Source: Octopus sinensis (taxonomy: Eukaryota). From it: 64,000 bases of DNA. Under the pieces are notes generated by a model, which was not told where the DNA came from, searched no databases, and saw only the letters and a program-made list of their open reading frames with translations. The stretch covers positions 99,262,001 through 99,326,000 of the forward strand of contig NC_043002.1 in the NCBI RefSeq assembly GCF_006345805.1, in the 5' to 3' direction. A program made the position numbers and the translations under genes. This document shows positions 1 through 12,357 of this stretch, one piece after another. Each line of letters begins with the position of its first letter. The stretch's first letter is position 1.

Positions 1-104
1 ACAGTAACCATCAGAGCATCACAACAAATTACGGCACATACCCAAGGCACACAGAGCTGCGCTCGGTAGTGAAGTGAAAACACGCTATAGAAATAAAACT
101 ACTG
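1..104 (+). mobile_element. 3' end (stop codon + 3' UTR) of an R4/Dong-like non-LTR retrotransposon, family A, followed by a TAA-rich tract
   Basis: Near-identical to 238-341, which follows an RLE C-terminal coding remnant; stop TAA at 5-7. Confidence 0.75.
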
Positions 105-150
105 AATAATAATAATAAAATGATAACAAAATGATAAAATAATAATAATA

Positions 151-338
151 ACAAAAACACTAGGACTTACAAACACATAACATACAGAAAATTGCATTAC
201 TAGGCACTGCACACATCCTACGCAGAACACTTTCAATACAGTAACCATCAGAGCATCACAACAAATCACAGCACCTATCCAAGGTACACAGAGCTGCGCT
301 CGGTAGTGAAGTGAAAGCATGCTATAGAAATAAAACTA

Positions 339-341
<3 letters not shown>
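151..341 (+). mobile_element. 5'-truncated R4/Dong-like LINE copy, family A
   Basis: 182-244 translates IQKIALLGTAHILRRTLSIQ*, matching the C-terminal QK..LLGTA.ILR motif of RLE-type (R4/NeSL-like) elements; about 100 nt of 3' UTR, then (TAA)n. Confidence 0.8.
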
Positions 342-420
<79 letters not shown>

Positions 421-434
421 TAATAATAATAATA
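342..434 (+). repeat. (TAA)n microsatellite
   Basis: Direct reading. Confidence 0.98.
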
Positions 435-680
435 ATGGCAGAAATTCAAAAGATAGTGCTCATGGGAACTGCTCATATCCTACGCAAAATATTTTCTATG
501 TAATCTCAAGCTTTAAAACAAACATTTTTTTTAGACATCCACCAGTACAACACAAAAAACAACCAAATATATGGCACACTAGTCATAACAACAAAGTGAA
601 CTTCCAACCTGTTGTCTCCTGAGGTTTCTGGGTGAGACTTGGGGCCAACTTGTACAAATATAAAGCAAAAGTCAAACATA
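435..680 (+). mobile_element. 5'-truncated R4/Dong-like LINE copy, family B
   Basis: 435-503 translates (M)AEIQKIVLMGTAHILRKIFSM*; 3' UTR differs from family A; (TAA)n on both sides. Confidence 0.8.
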
Positions 681-690
681 TAATAATGAC

Positions 691-764
<74 letters not shown>

Positions 765-772
765 TAGTAGTA

Positions 773-815
<43 letters not shown>
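681..815 (+). repeat. (TAA)n microsatellite with a TAG interruption
   Basis: Direct reading. Confidence 0.98.
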
Positions 816-816
<1 letters not shown>

Positions 817-1175
817 TTCTCCTACAGGCACAAGGTCTGAATTTTGGAAGAGGAGATAGTCGATTACATCGACCTCGGTATACAGCTGGTACTTACATTA
901 TCGACCACCGAAAGATTGATAGGCAGTGTCGATTTAGACAGAATTTGAACTCAACATCTAAAGACAGACTAAATGCCGCAAATTGTAGCACATGACCAGC
1001 AAGCTCAGGGGAGAGGGTAAGTCGATTACATCGACCCCAGTGTCCAACTGGTTTTTATTTTGTCGATCTCGAAAGGGCGGAAGGGAAAGTTTAGACTCAA
1101 GACGTTAAGACTGACGAAGTGCCGCTGAACACTATGTCACCGGGGAAAGAGTCTGCCTTCTCGCCGCCGCTTTTA
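816..1175 (-). mobile_element. Two degenerate tRNA-derived SINE copies (family M)
   Basis: B-box-like gagttcaaattc on the minus strand and a gtcgattacatcgaccccag core twice; homologous to 24551-24924, 31715-32170 and 58260-58476. Confidence 0.7.
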
Positions 1176-1665
1176 TTACCATAATGATATATGACATTGA
1201 TTTGAGCATAAGCAATTTGAATAAGAATGAAATTATATGGTATTTTTTAAAGATGGTAATAAATAAACCATTACAGATTCCCGTTTCATACGGAAAGTAC
1301 GGTGTCTTATTTCTAAAGTATTAATCTTAAACACATCGAACATACTATAAGCTCAACATAATACACGAATATCGAAGGTATTATTTCTCACGTGCTATAG
1401 TCTGAGATATTTGATAACAATTCCGTTGAAGACTTTCCATTATACTTTCGACTTTGATATTCCTTTAAAATAAGAGCCAAAAAGCCATTTAACTCATTGC
1501 TCTAATGTAATTCTTATCGCAATCCTGACAACACAATGATCTCGTCATGTTTGAGACAAGCTTAATTTGAGCAAATCCCATGGATTATTTTTTATGCTTT
1601 TTTTATTATAGATCAAAAGCACAAACGTACGTCTACATTCTTTTGATGTACACTAAGGATCTAGC

Positions 1666-1678
1666 ATATATGTATATG

Positions 1679-1726
<48 letters not shown>

Positions 1727-1727
1727 A

Positions 1728-1759
<32 letters not shown>

Positions 1760-1793
1760 GTATATATATGTATATATATATACTATATATATA

Positions 1794-1848
<55 letters not shown>

Positions 1849-1858
1849 TATATATATA

Positions 1859-1899
<41 letters not shown>

Positions 1900-1920
1900 T
1901 ATATATATATATATATATGA
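1666..1920. repeat. (TA)n microsatellite, interrupted
   Basis: Direct reading; the YIYI ORFs here are artefacts. Confidence 0.97.
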
Positions 1921-2034
1921 ATAAAAAATGGAGTTAACGCAGGTGTAATCGAATATATTTACTTTCGACACATGTTTCGAAAATTCCACTGATATTTTTT
2001 CCGTGTTAATTGTTGACAAGGTAAAAATACACTC

Positions 2035-2084
<50 letters not shown>

Positions 2085-2374
2085 CACCACGTATATACAA
2101 ATGCTTGTACGACTGCTGCTGTTGAGTTAAAAGCTTCCTGTACAGTCGTAAATCATCATCTAGTCTACTTCCAGTATACTGGTTTGGCTACTACTGAACT
2201 TACATAAAACTACAGGTTACGGTATACACGGCAAATGTGGAAGAAAAGTACGATAACCACAAGTTTATATCATTTGTTCCAACATTGCCGTTGATTGGAA
2301 CACTGTATTAGATGTTCCGAATAAAACCGGATCTTTAATTGACGGATCCCCAGGGGAAAAAATGTTCCATCATG

Positions 2375-2426
<52 letters not shown>

Positions 2427-2446
2427 TATATATATATATATATATA

Positions 2447-2480
<34 letters not shown>

Positions 2481-2570
2481 CCAGAGTAATGAAACAAAAC
2501 CATTTTTAAATGTGTATCCTTTAAACTGATTTATCGTTGCTTATAACCTTATCCCTGTGCCATACTAAAC

Positions 2571-2616
2571 AAAACTCTCCGACGAACGGGAACGTGAAAC
2601 TCTGAGTAATAGTTTT
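2571..2616 (+). ncRNA. Degenerate minimal type I hammerhead motif in a Penelope-like 3' fragment (about 2481-2655) between TA tracts
   Basis: aaaactct-CCGACGA-acg ggaa cgt-GAAAC-tctga-GTA-atagtttt; stem I 7/8 bp, stem II 3 bp, near-palindromic stem III; core carries U4C, so probably inactive. Confidence 0.55.
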
Positions 2617-2663
2617 TGTGATATTTCTACTGCTTTTTAACACTTTTTAACAGAGTATATATA

Positions 2664-2706
<43 letters not shown>

Positions 2707-3126
2707 TCCCTTTATATCGTCTCGCCCTCTTTTCTGCAAAAGAGTATAGATTCGAAACTTTAAAGAGTCTTCCACTTTTACCTATGTTCACATAAATACA
2801 TCGTGTTTGTTTGTTTTTGTATAATTGTGAACTACACACATACACACTCATACACACACTCATACATAAACGCACAATACATGTGTGTGTGTGTGTGTGT
2901 GTGTGTTTGTGTGTGTGTATGTGTGTGTGTGTGTGTAGGCAAAGGCGTGAGTGAGTGGTAAAATGTTTCTTTCGTTATCACATGCCTCCTGGTTTAGTTC
3001 AACTGCGTGCCACCTACGGCAGCTATAGCCCTGGGCAACCAAAAGCCGTACGAGTGGATTTGATGGACAGCAAGTGGAAAAAAACACTTTGTACACACAC
3101 ATACTCATACACTCTTACACCCACAC

Positions 3127-3284
3127 GTTAGAAACATTAAAACTAGATCTCCTGTCAAAGGAGAATCAAATTTTTTCCTCGCCTCAGTCACATATTCTTC
3201 GAAAAAGATGATACGGAGACTTTGCTACTCTACACAAAGTTACACCTGCGTTCTAATAATATAATGTTACTATAATAGAGCGTA
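3127..3284 (+). repeat. 158-bp direct duplication, copy 1 (copy 2 at 4096-4253)
   Basis: Manual alignment shows about 10 substitutions. Confidence 0.9.
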
Positions 3285-4095
3285 TTTGTTTCTGTCTCTG
3301 TTTGTGACAAATTACCCACCATATCTTGACAATTAGTGTTTTCCTGCATCCCTGTAACTTACCAGTTCTGCAAAAAAGACTCAGAAAATACGTACCAGGC
3401 TTATAAAAGAATTAAGTCCTGCGTTACAGTTTTTTCGAGCAAAATATCCAAGGTGCTGCTCCAGCATGGCCGCAGTCTAATGAATGAAACAAATTAAAGA
3501 TAAAATATATATTCAAAGATATACAATATTAAAAGAAACCATTGTTATGCATGTTTAAGTATTGTTGAATCTATTTTCATTTTATTTCGTGTTAATTGTT
3601 TTGATTTTATCAGTTCTTTATTAATGATATTCTTTGCAATTTTGGATTTATTCTTATCGTCTTTTCGCTTCTTTCTTCTGTCATTCTTTTATGCATTCTT
3701 TTGGTTTACTGTAATCGCTGTTCATCTTAAATACTCCCTGTTTCTATGGCAACAGCTGTTTGCGTTAAAAGCCAGCAATATAATCATGGCACATTCGTTA
3801 TTCACTATGTATTCCACTGACAGGTGTCGCTTTAGTTCCACCTTCATCCCATAATATAGAAACTACTGCTTTATACAAAAAGATCAGCTTCGAAAAAATC
3901 TTAGAAATGTGTCACCTCACTTTTTTTTTTATGATTTAGAGTTTTCAATAAAGGAAAAATATGCCTATTTAATAAAAATGACAGTTCGTTGACATTTTTT
4001 TTCTTTTACTTTCTCTCTTATCAGTGCACTTTAATAAGATATCATCAGTGACACGAAATTCTTGAGTCTTCTTTGGTGAAGCCAATTCTTCGCCC

Positions 4096-4253
4096 GTTAG
4101 AAGCATTAAAACTAGATCTCCTCTCAGAGGAGAACCAAATTTTTTCCTCGCCACAGTCACATATTCTTCGAAAAAGGTGATACGGAGACCTTGCTACTCT
4201 ACACAAAGTTACACCTACGTTCTAATAATATAATGTTACTATAATACAGCGTA
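4096..4253 (+). repeat. 158-bp direct duplication, copy 2
   Basis: Matches 3127-3284. Confidence 0.9.
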
Positions 4254-4344
4254 AATTTTATCAATATACGGTATATACTTATAAGTATATACATACATGA
4301 ATACATTCACCCGCACACGCTCAAACACAAACACACACATATAT

Positions 4345-4486
4345 ATTATTTACATTATTTACATTGGGCAGATATGTGTCCTCATATTGCTTATTGTCAC
4401 CACAATGTTTCAACTGATTTACTCTCTAGCCTTCATCAGGTGTCCTCGTAGAAATTTGAACCCAACCCTGGGATCTCATCCCTAAG
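4345..4486 (-). mobile_element. Penelope-like 3'/pLTR fragment with degenerate minimal hammerhead (4398-4444)
   Basis: Minus strand gacac-CTGATGA-aggctagagagtaaatcagtt-GAAAC-attgtggt; inverted homolog at 4686-4775. Confidence 0.6.
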
Positions 4487-4685
4487 GTATTTTTGCTGAT
4501 GATGTTATTAACATATTCTTCTCCTTATTTTTTAAATATTCTTTTTTTCCATTTTCCTTTTTCCTCTTTCTTTCTGTCTTTATTTTCGCATGTTATAAAA
4601 TTGAAACTTTAAGACTAATGATGTCATTCCATCAAGGTGTCGACGCTGGTGGTTCTCGTTCATACTTTAAATTTTATTTCTCCCA

Positions 4686-4775
4686 GGACACCAAGGGTGG
4701 AGAGTAAATCTGCCGAAACGTTGTGGTAACTACAAACAAGATGAGAACACATACCCGTCCAATATAAATAATGTA
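4686..4775 (+). mobile_element. Inverted partner copy of the same Penelope-like fragment, hammerhead core deleted
   Basis: ggacacc[TGATG absent]aagggtggagagtaaatctgccGAAACgttgtggtaac...aataatgta aligns to the reverse complement of 4345-4445. Confidence 0.6.
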
Positions 4776-4831
4776 CAGAATTCTTCATCACACACACATA
4801 TATATATATATATATTATATATATATATTAT

Positions 4832-4874
<43 letters not shown>

Positions 4875-4995
4875 GGTGGCTGAAACGTGTAAATGAATAA
4901 CAGAATATATATATCGTGAAGTATATTTGTCACTTAAATGCGGCTAAACCTTTAAGGTGAATGCTACTGTAGCTTGTAGCCCCGGAGATTTATTA

Positions 4996-5075
<80 letters not shown>

Positions 5076-8000
5076 TCTCCAACAATGGCTTAACTGGCCG
5101 AAACTTCGAAGTGACGGTCAACAACAGTCTTGTATAAGAATAATGAATATATATATATATATATATATGTGTATGTATCTGTGTGTGTGCTCGCGCGCCT
5201 GTGTATTTAGTATTTGAAAATTATGTGAATCCATTTGTTTACACATTGGAAGATGCTTTTCGTTTTCTTCGTGGACTAATTAAGTTTGAAATAAGTCATT
5301 TATACGAAGTTAAAAAAGTTGAAAGCTTGTGGCTTGCATTCGTTCTTCGAAGTATTATTCAGTCCTATCTCACTAAATTGGTTTCGTAAATTTAATATTT
5401 TTTTTCTGGCAGATTAATTTGGCACGAATCAATCCAGCACGTGATTGGAAATGTAAATGAGATATAATTTTTAGACACAACGCTCTCAATACAAAAAGTT
5501 ATGACAAAAAAAAAAAGGAAATAATAATAAACGGATTTATTGTACATTCAGCCATTACGATTTACATCAGACAGACTGATTATGTAACCTAGTACACATT
5601 TAGAATGATAATACAAAACAATAAAAATGCTTCTAATATTAACATTATGTAAACATTCGTTGCGGAATAATTCACAAGAGAATTGACCTCAGTTTATTTG
5701 TCTTGATTATGATAATAGCCTGTAAAGAATTTAAACGTCTTGAAACTTGCTTTTTATTCTTTCATTTTGTATCGTTTATTTTCTAAAGAATGGAACACTA
5801 ATTTGTGAAATAGAGAAACAATTTCGAGAATCTTGTTTAGTGTATAACAAGTGAGCCAGTGCATTAGAAATTTAGTGACATTTGTGTCTGTAGGTTTTGC
5901 GACATTTGAAACTACGAAGAAAGTGAAAAGAAACTATTAATATGTCACTCGAGTCCTTGATTATAAGTAACATTCCTCTGATACGGTTTACGAGGATTCT
6001 TGGTAGTGTATATGCGAGTAATTTGTGTGTCTAATTTTACGTACGTTAAAATAATGAGTGAAAAAATACATTGAGGTAGTATTAGCTGAACGATGATGTT
6101 AATGTACCTTCCGAGTGTGTGTAATTTTGATTCAGACTCAACCGGGTAAAATCAAACATGAAGATAGATGATATCGGTGACTTTGTAAAGAATCTGAAGC
6201 AGTGGTTCTTATCCGGGAAATAACAAAAATAAAATAAACATTTTCAAAAGCAAAAAGACTTTGTTACGTTTAAAATATTTATAGGGAGAGTATGTGAGGG
6301 CAGAAAGGTAACTGATGACGCGCCAGGATCCAATATATTTATATAATAATCACAACTCATGTTTAGAAATTGTCATAAAAATTTGCAATGGAGGGGAACA
6401 TATCTGAAAAATGACACATGCTGGTTGGAATAATTTAAGAAAATAGAAATAATAAACCATTATGCTTTTTTAATCATATTTTAAACGTAAAACATGCGAA
6501 GTGGAAAGAGGCACGGGGCTATAAAAAAGGGTGAAATAAGCTGACAAAGAACCATCAAAAGTTAAAGAAAACGGCATAAAAATATATGATATAGAAAATA
6601 TTGGGGAAAGCAAAGCAGACAAAAATAAGGTCTATGCTTAATATATTTAAGCAGGTCGGTGATCTTTCCTTACATTTGCTAAATAGACATGTATGCAAAT
6701 TCGTATCATGACCAAGTTTTTCTTCCTTGTAAATAGACTTAAATCTATTTTAGCAACAAATCCGGAGTAGCATGTGTTCCATTGCTTTCCAGTTGAAATA
6801 TCTAAACTGGTTGATAAATATCGAAATAGTAGTATTGAGAATTTATACATTGACATCTGAATGACACCAGGTTTTTGCATTAAATAGGAAATGCATACAA
6901 GTAATTCATGAAATGTAACGTCCATTCTCATAACCAGCGAATAAAGCTCGTAATTCCTCAAAAGTAAACTGTTCAGTTGCTATACGTGAAGAAAGGAGCA
7001 ATGGCATAGAGTTCACAGGGACGTGCAGCGTGTGAAATTGAAATCATTAACGCTCCTATTGAAGACCAGTAGGACAGATATGAACAGAAAGAAATTTCTA
7101 GAAAGAGCGACGTTCTGAGAAAGATGGACTGGAACTATTGACTAGCGTTAGGCCTGGGGATTGGACACAAGAGCAAAATGAAGAAGAGAAACAAATAGAG
7201 CTGTAAGGCAGACCCAGCTATTCCTAAGGAGTGGAAACACTTGTATAATCAGAAGAAAAGTGCGAGAAAGGAGTCAATGAGCTGTGGACCAAAGGACGGA
7301 ATGTGACAGCAAGTGACCTTATGCCAACAAGTTGGGTGACCATTTTTGGCTTTGACCTCTAGTTTTAGTATTGGATCCACTTCTTGCAAACATGCATATG
7401 ATGGTATACTATAAAATTAATGGGTCACCAACAACATCTGTAGCTTAAACTAACTGCTTCGAGTGGTTGTCATTAGACGTAATCCTGTTGATCCAAAAGG
7501 AACGGCTACTCGGATACATCAACTGGTATGAAGAAAACATTACTTTTTTTATATTCTGATATGAATTTATCCTAGAATTGAATGAACTAAGCCATGGATA
7601 TCATTGTTAAGTAAGGAATATGGCTTTTTAGGGTTTATTCAAGTTGTTTAGAAGAGATCAGCTTTCGATCAAATCTAGTCAAATAATTTCTCAAGTAAAT
7701 GTATTTTAATGATGACTAAACGTGAGAAGGCAAATATAGCCAGGCTTGAATTCACAATGCTAAGAATTAGAAAAAATTATCTGCAGGCATTTTGTCTGTA
7801 TCGATAACTACAATTCATCACTTTCACACGCATTAATCGTAAAATGAATATTTAAAAGCTTTCCCCCTCATTAACACCTACTAAAATGGCAAATTTTCCA
7901 CTAATTGACACTTGCACAAGATAAAGAGATCACAAAAAAATTTGAACTGGTTGAAGGCAAGACTGTTTGATTCGGAAAGTCGCTTCGTAGCCGTATATAT

Positions 8001-8124
8001 CTTGGTTCAATTGCCCTTCAGAAAGCTTCTTCCTCCATAACACGTGTTTATCGATGTCTTATGGAACGCGTCTGGTATCCAGTAGACAGAAGCTGGGCGG
8101 ATTGCGTTTCATATATATATATGT

Positions 8125-8197
<73 letters not shown>

Positions 8198-8407
8198 ATG
8201 TGTATGTGTGTGTGTGTTCGTATCATTCTTGGTTCGCGTTCGGTGTTTGACCAGTATATTGGAAATTATGGAAACGAATTAGATTTAAAATAAACTTGAT
8301 GTAGTACAGAGTCGAGAGGGTGGGTAATGAGTTCCTCATACATCATCTCCATGTTGAATACTCCTTCTCGAATGTAGTTGTTGACGAAAGTATGTATATA
8401 ATATAAA

Positions 8408-8625
8408 TACTAGAGGGTGCTGAAAACTTCCAGGCTTTCGGTAAAAGAAAATACAGGAGTATCAGTTAATTATGATTATATTCTACATACCCACTTTTAA
8501 GATTCACACACTTATTGCAGTGGTCCTTCATCTTTTTTAAGACTTGTAAAATAATTTTGAAGCTTTGGTCCTTGAAACCAGGCCTTTCGCAATACAGTCC
8601 AGGAACTTTTCAGCCTGCCCTCATA
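8408..8625. mobile_element. Mariner-type MITE
   Basis: Imperfect TIRs tactagagggtgctgaaaacttccagg / ccaggaacttttcagcctgccctcata with TA ends; non-coding, about 216 bp. Confidence 0.65.
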
Positions 8626-8792
8626 TAAAATATTCCTAAACAGCTTGCACATGCAAGTGCTACCAGTCGAAAGCTCCGAATACCGAAAGCTAGCAAGTGT
8701 GTGGAGGCATCAGGAGAGAATGCACGCCGTTTCGGTGCTTACCTCTTGACGGCATCAATGCGCTCCGGCCCCTCACACTGACAGTGCTAGTA

Positions 8793-8828
<36 letters not shown>

Positions 8829-8829
<1 letters not shown>

Positions 8830-9075
8830 GAGGCGCAATGGCCCAGTAGTTAGGGCAGCGGTTTCGATTCCCAGACCGGGTGTTGTGAGTGTTTATTGAG
8901 CGAAAACACCTAAAAGCTCCACGAGGCTCCGGCAGTGGGTGGTGATCCCTGCTGTACTCTTTCACCACTCTTTCTCCCACTCTTTCTTCTGTTGGCCTAC
9001 TCGCTTAGCCAGCATTGTGACCAGCGATGTGTAACAACATCTGATGGTCTGGTCGGCCACTTGATCACGTGGTAT
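8829..9075 (+). mobile_element. tRNA-derived SINE, family N (ggaggcgcaatggcccagtggttag head)
   Basis: A-box/B-box head; homologous to 13716-14077, 19563-19868 and 62734-63119. Confidence 0.85.
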
Positions 9076-9149
9076 ATATATATATGTATGTATGTATGTA
9101 TGTGTGTGTGTATGTGCATATGTATGTGTCTGTAGATGCCTGTCGCTAA

Positions 9150-9320
9150 CTGGATTTGGATGATGTAATCATGGTCATGAGATTGTGGTATCGATTTCTG
9201 GACCGAGCAAAGCGTTGTGTTCTGTTGCATAATACTTCGTTTCACGTTGCTCTCGTCCATTCAGCTGGCAAAAGTCAGTAATCCAGCGTGAGACCTGTCT
9301 TCTATCCAGGTGGTGTCAAA
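9150..9320 (+). mobile_element. Degenerate tRNA/CORE-like SINE
   Basis: gtggtatcgatttctggaccgag B-box-like segment followed by gcgttgtgttc...ttcacgttgctctcgtccattcagctggcaaaa. Confidence 0.5.
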
Positions 9321-9455
9321 ATACACAACAGAATTTGTTTAAAGTGACCTAATATGGCTCAGAAAGACCCTATAATCTTTATATATATACACTGCTCGAC
9401 TAAGGGTGGTGCTCTTGCATGGCTGCAGTCAAATGACTGCAATGAGTAAAAGAAC

Positions 9456-9486
<31 letters not shown>

Positions 9487-9492
9487 ATATAT

Positions 9493-10082
9493 AATTGTCA
9501 ATAAATGTAGCTAGGGGTTAAAAAACCCCACCTACATTGCTAGAAATAAGAGCTAAAATGCTCCAATGCATTTAGTTAACGCACATGAATGAAAACATAT
9601 TCACTAAAGGATCTACAATTGTCCGAAAAATATTAGTTCTAGCAAAGTAGGTGTTTTTTAACACCCTAGTCATATTTTGTAATAACTATAATTCTCCTTT
9701 TTTATGAAACATTGCAACCTGCTGTTTGGCTTAGTTTTGTGGATAGACATTAGCGAATCGCTAAATCATAAACTAATTTGAATGACAAAAATTATATACT
9801 AACAGAGAAATATGTCCGGAAATAGCCGAACACGGAGCTGGCTTAACTGATGATGGCAACGGAAAGTGCCGAAACTGACGCGTAAGTCTTAAGAATTCTC
9901 GGTCGGTATTTTTCAGACAATTACGGTCCCTGTTAAAGTATATGTTTTCATTCATGTACTTTAACTACACAGTAGAGCATTTTAGCTCATATTTCTAGCA
10001 ATGTAGGTGTTTTAACGCCCTAGTCACATCTAGTGATAATTATAATTCCCTTTTTGGGTGATACATTGCAACATCCTGTTTA
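9493..10082 (+). mobile_element. Penelope-like pLTR structure: hammerhead-bearing copy (about 9730-10082), tandem partial copy (9640-9727) and inverted partial copy (9493-9600)
   Basis: 9493-9600 is the reverse complement of about 9942-10041; 9640-9727 repeats about 9996-10082; contains a hammerhead with an intact core. Confidence 0.7.
9842..9893 (+). ncRNA. Type I hammerhead ribozyme motif, intact core
   Basis: CTTAA-CTGATGA-T-GGCA..TGCC-GAAA-CT-gACGCGTa-A-GTC-TTAAG; stem I 5 bp, stem II 4 bp, stem III with palindromic ACGCGT loop, GUC site. Confidence 0.75.
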
Positions 10083-10140
10083 CATTTATGTTGTGTGTAT
10101 ATATATATATATATATATTATATATATTATATATTTTTTT

Positions 10141-10540
10141 TTTTTACTTGTTTCAGTCATTTGACTGCGGCCATGCTGGAGCACCGCCTTTAGTCGAGCA
10201 AATCGACCCCGGGACTTATTCTTTGTAAGCCCAGTACTTATTCTATCGGTCTCTTTTGCCGAACCGCTAAGTGACGGGGACGTAAACACACCAGCATCGG
10301 TTGTCAAGCAATGCTAGGGGAACAAACAGAGATACACAAACATATTCACACACACTTATATATATATACATATATACGACAGGCTTCTTTCAGTTTCCAT
10401 CTAACAAATCCACTCACAAGGCATTGGTCGGCCCGGGGCTATAGCAGAAGACACTTGCCCAAGATGCCACGCAGTGGGACTGAACCCGGAACCATGTGGT
10501 TGGTTAGCAAGCTACTTACCAAACAGCCACTCCTGCGCCT
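10141..10540 (-). mobile_element. Bipartite tRNA-derived SINE, family O (aggcgcaggagtggctgtgtggtaag head, internal TA/TG microsatellite, 3' module)
   Basis: Near-identical architecture to 25871-26272 and 46402-46886. Confidence 0.9.
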
Positions 10541-10805
<265 letters not shown>

Positions 10806-11442
10806 TGGCTGTGTGTACGGGTATAGATATCTGGGCGCATATTATTCGTCGTTGAGAAAACCAGAGACATTGATGCTTTTCAAAAGTATTTCATTGCAAT
10901 ATTGATTTTGCATTCAGTTACAAAAACGCTTTAAACATCGGAACCCTCACGACGGAAGTGATTCTGAAATTTCCGTATTGGGAACTTTTTTTAATACTAA
11001 CTGCAGCCATATTAATGATACACGTGACCTTAATAATCTTCAAATTGATAAATATTATTGAAATGAAAACGTAAGTTACTTCATAGTGACTCATTACAAA
11101 TTTAATGATTTTAGTCCATGGAGTGTAGCCACACACATGTATTATATTTAAAGCTTTTAGCCTGACAGCAATCTCTGCACTTATTTCACTCTGGAACTTT
11201 CCTCGTTGTTCTCTGTATATGAAATGATTAAATCAAATTTTACCGTAAAGGATCACAACGTGATGTTTTTTTAAGAGGATATATACACATACAGTGTATA
11301 TTTTTATCGACAGTTTATGTGTAGTTTCTGTTGCATGATTTTTCATCTTACTAAACCTCAAAGTTACAGATAAGTATACAGACCAACACCGGCTGACAAG
11401 CAGTGATGGAGGACAAAAAAACACACACAAAGGTACTAATAT

Positions 11443-11551
<109 letters not shown>

Positions 11552-11702
11552 CTTCAGTTTTCGTCTACCAAATCCACAAACAAAACTTTAGATCGCCCGA
11601 GGCGCCTATGGTAAACGAAACTTGCCAAGGTGTCACGCAGTTGGACTGACCCCAAAATCATGTGCTTAGGAAGCAAACTTCTTGTTCTACAGCCCCGCCT
11701 AT
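11552..11702 (-). mobile_element. Family O SINE, head and core only
   Basis: ttcagttttcgtctaccaaatccac...cttgccaaggtgtcacgcag... Confidence 0.75.
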
Positions 11703-11962
11703 ATCTGTTGTGCAGTTTTTCCAAATAACGATTGAAAGCGATGAGTAAGTGCGTCTTGCAAGTTTTCATAGCCCCACGCAATACTTGAGAATTAAACTTG
11801 TTGTCTGCATTCCCAGCAATGAAAGGTAAATTCACCACTGACTAAAATGTTCTTAAGTTAGTTTGTATCACTGGCTATTGAGTTAACGATGTGTTCACTT
11901 CACACCAATCTCATATATTTATCACAATCACATCACTTCGAAAACATCGACAAATGAAAAAA

Positions 11963-12357
11963 TCTTTATATATAAAGTGAGGTTTTGTGCTGTCTGTCTC
12001 CTACGATTTAGATTCCTAACTACTCCCACATTTTGCAGTGCAGTTTAACCAAAACCGGGTATCTTATAGTCGTGATTCATATTGAGCCCTTCTGGGTATT
12101 AGCGCGCGTCTACGATTAGTTTACGATTTAAAAAAAATTTACCATCAATTTTTCCCATGTTTAATGCATTTTTGGCATATATAAGGGAAGTAACTATCTA
12201 AAAATTTATTATTAAATCGCAGAACGTAAAAAGCTACAGTAACCCCCCCCCCTTTGTGGTTAGCCATATTGAGATGGCTATTATACTTTACATCTCTAAA
12301 AATGCTTATATAGTTATTTCCCTTACAAACCTGAGCAACGCCCGCCGATACTGTTAG
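11963..12357 (+). mobile_element. Non-autonomous Helitron
   Basis: 5' TC end (A|TCTTTATATATAAAGT); 3' GC-rich subterminal segment cctgagcaacgcccg followed by a degenerate CTAG (ttag)|T; sits in an A|T target. Confidence 0.7.

Noticed and set aside
6647-7330. 104-aa ORF and a purine-rich stretch suggestive of an old LINE
   Set aside because: No identifiable RT or endonuclease motif in the frames I examined.
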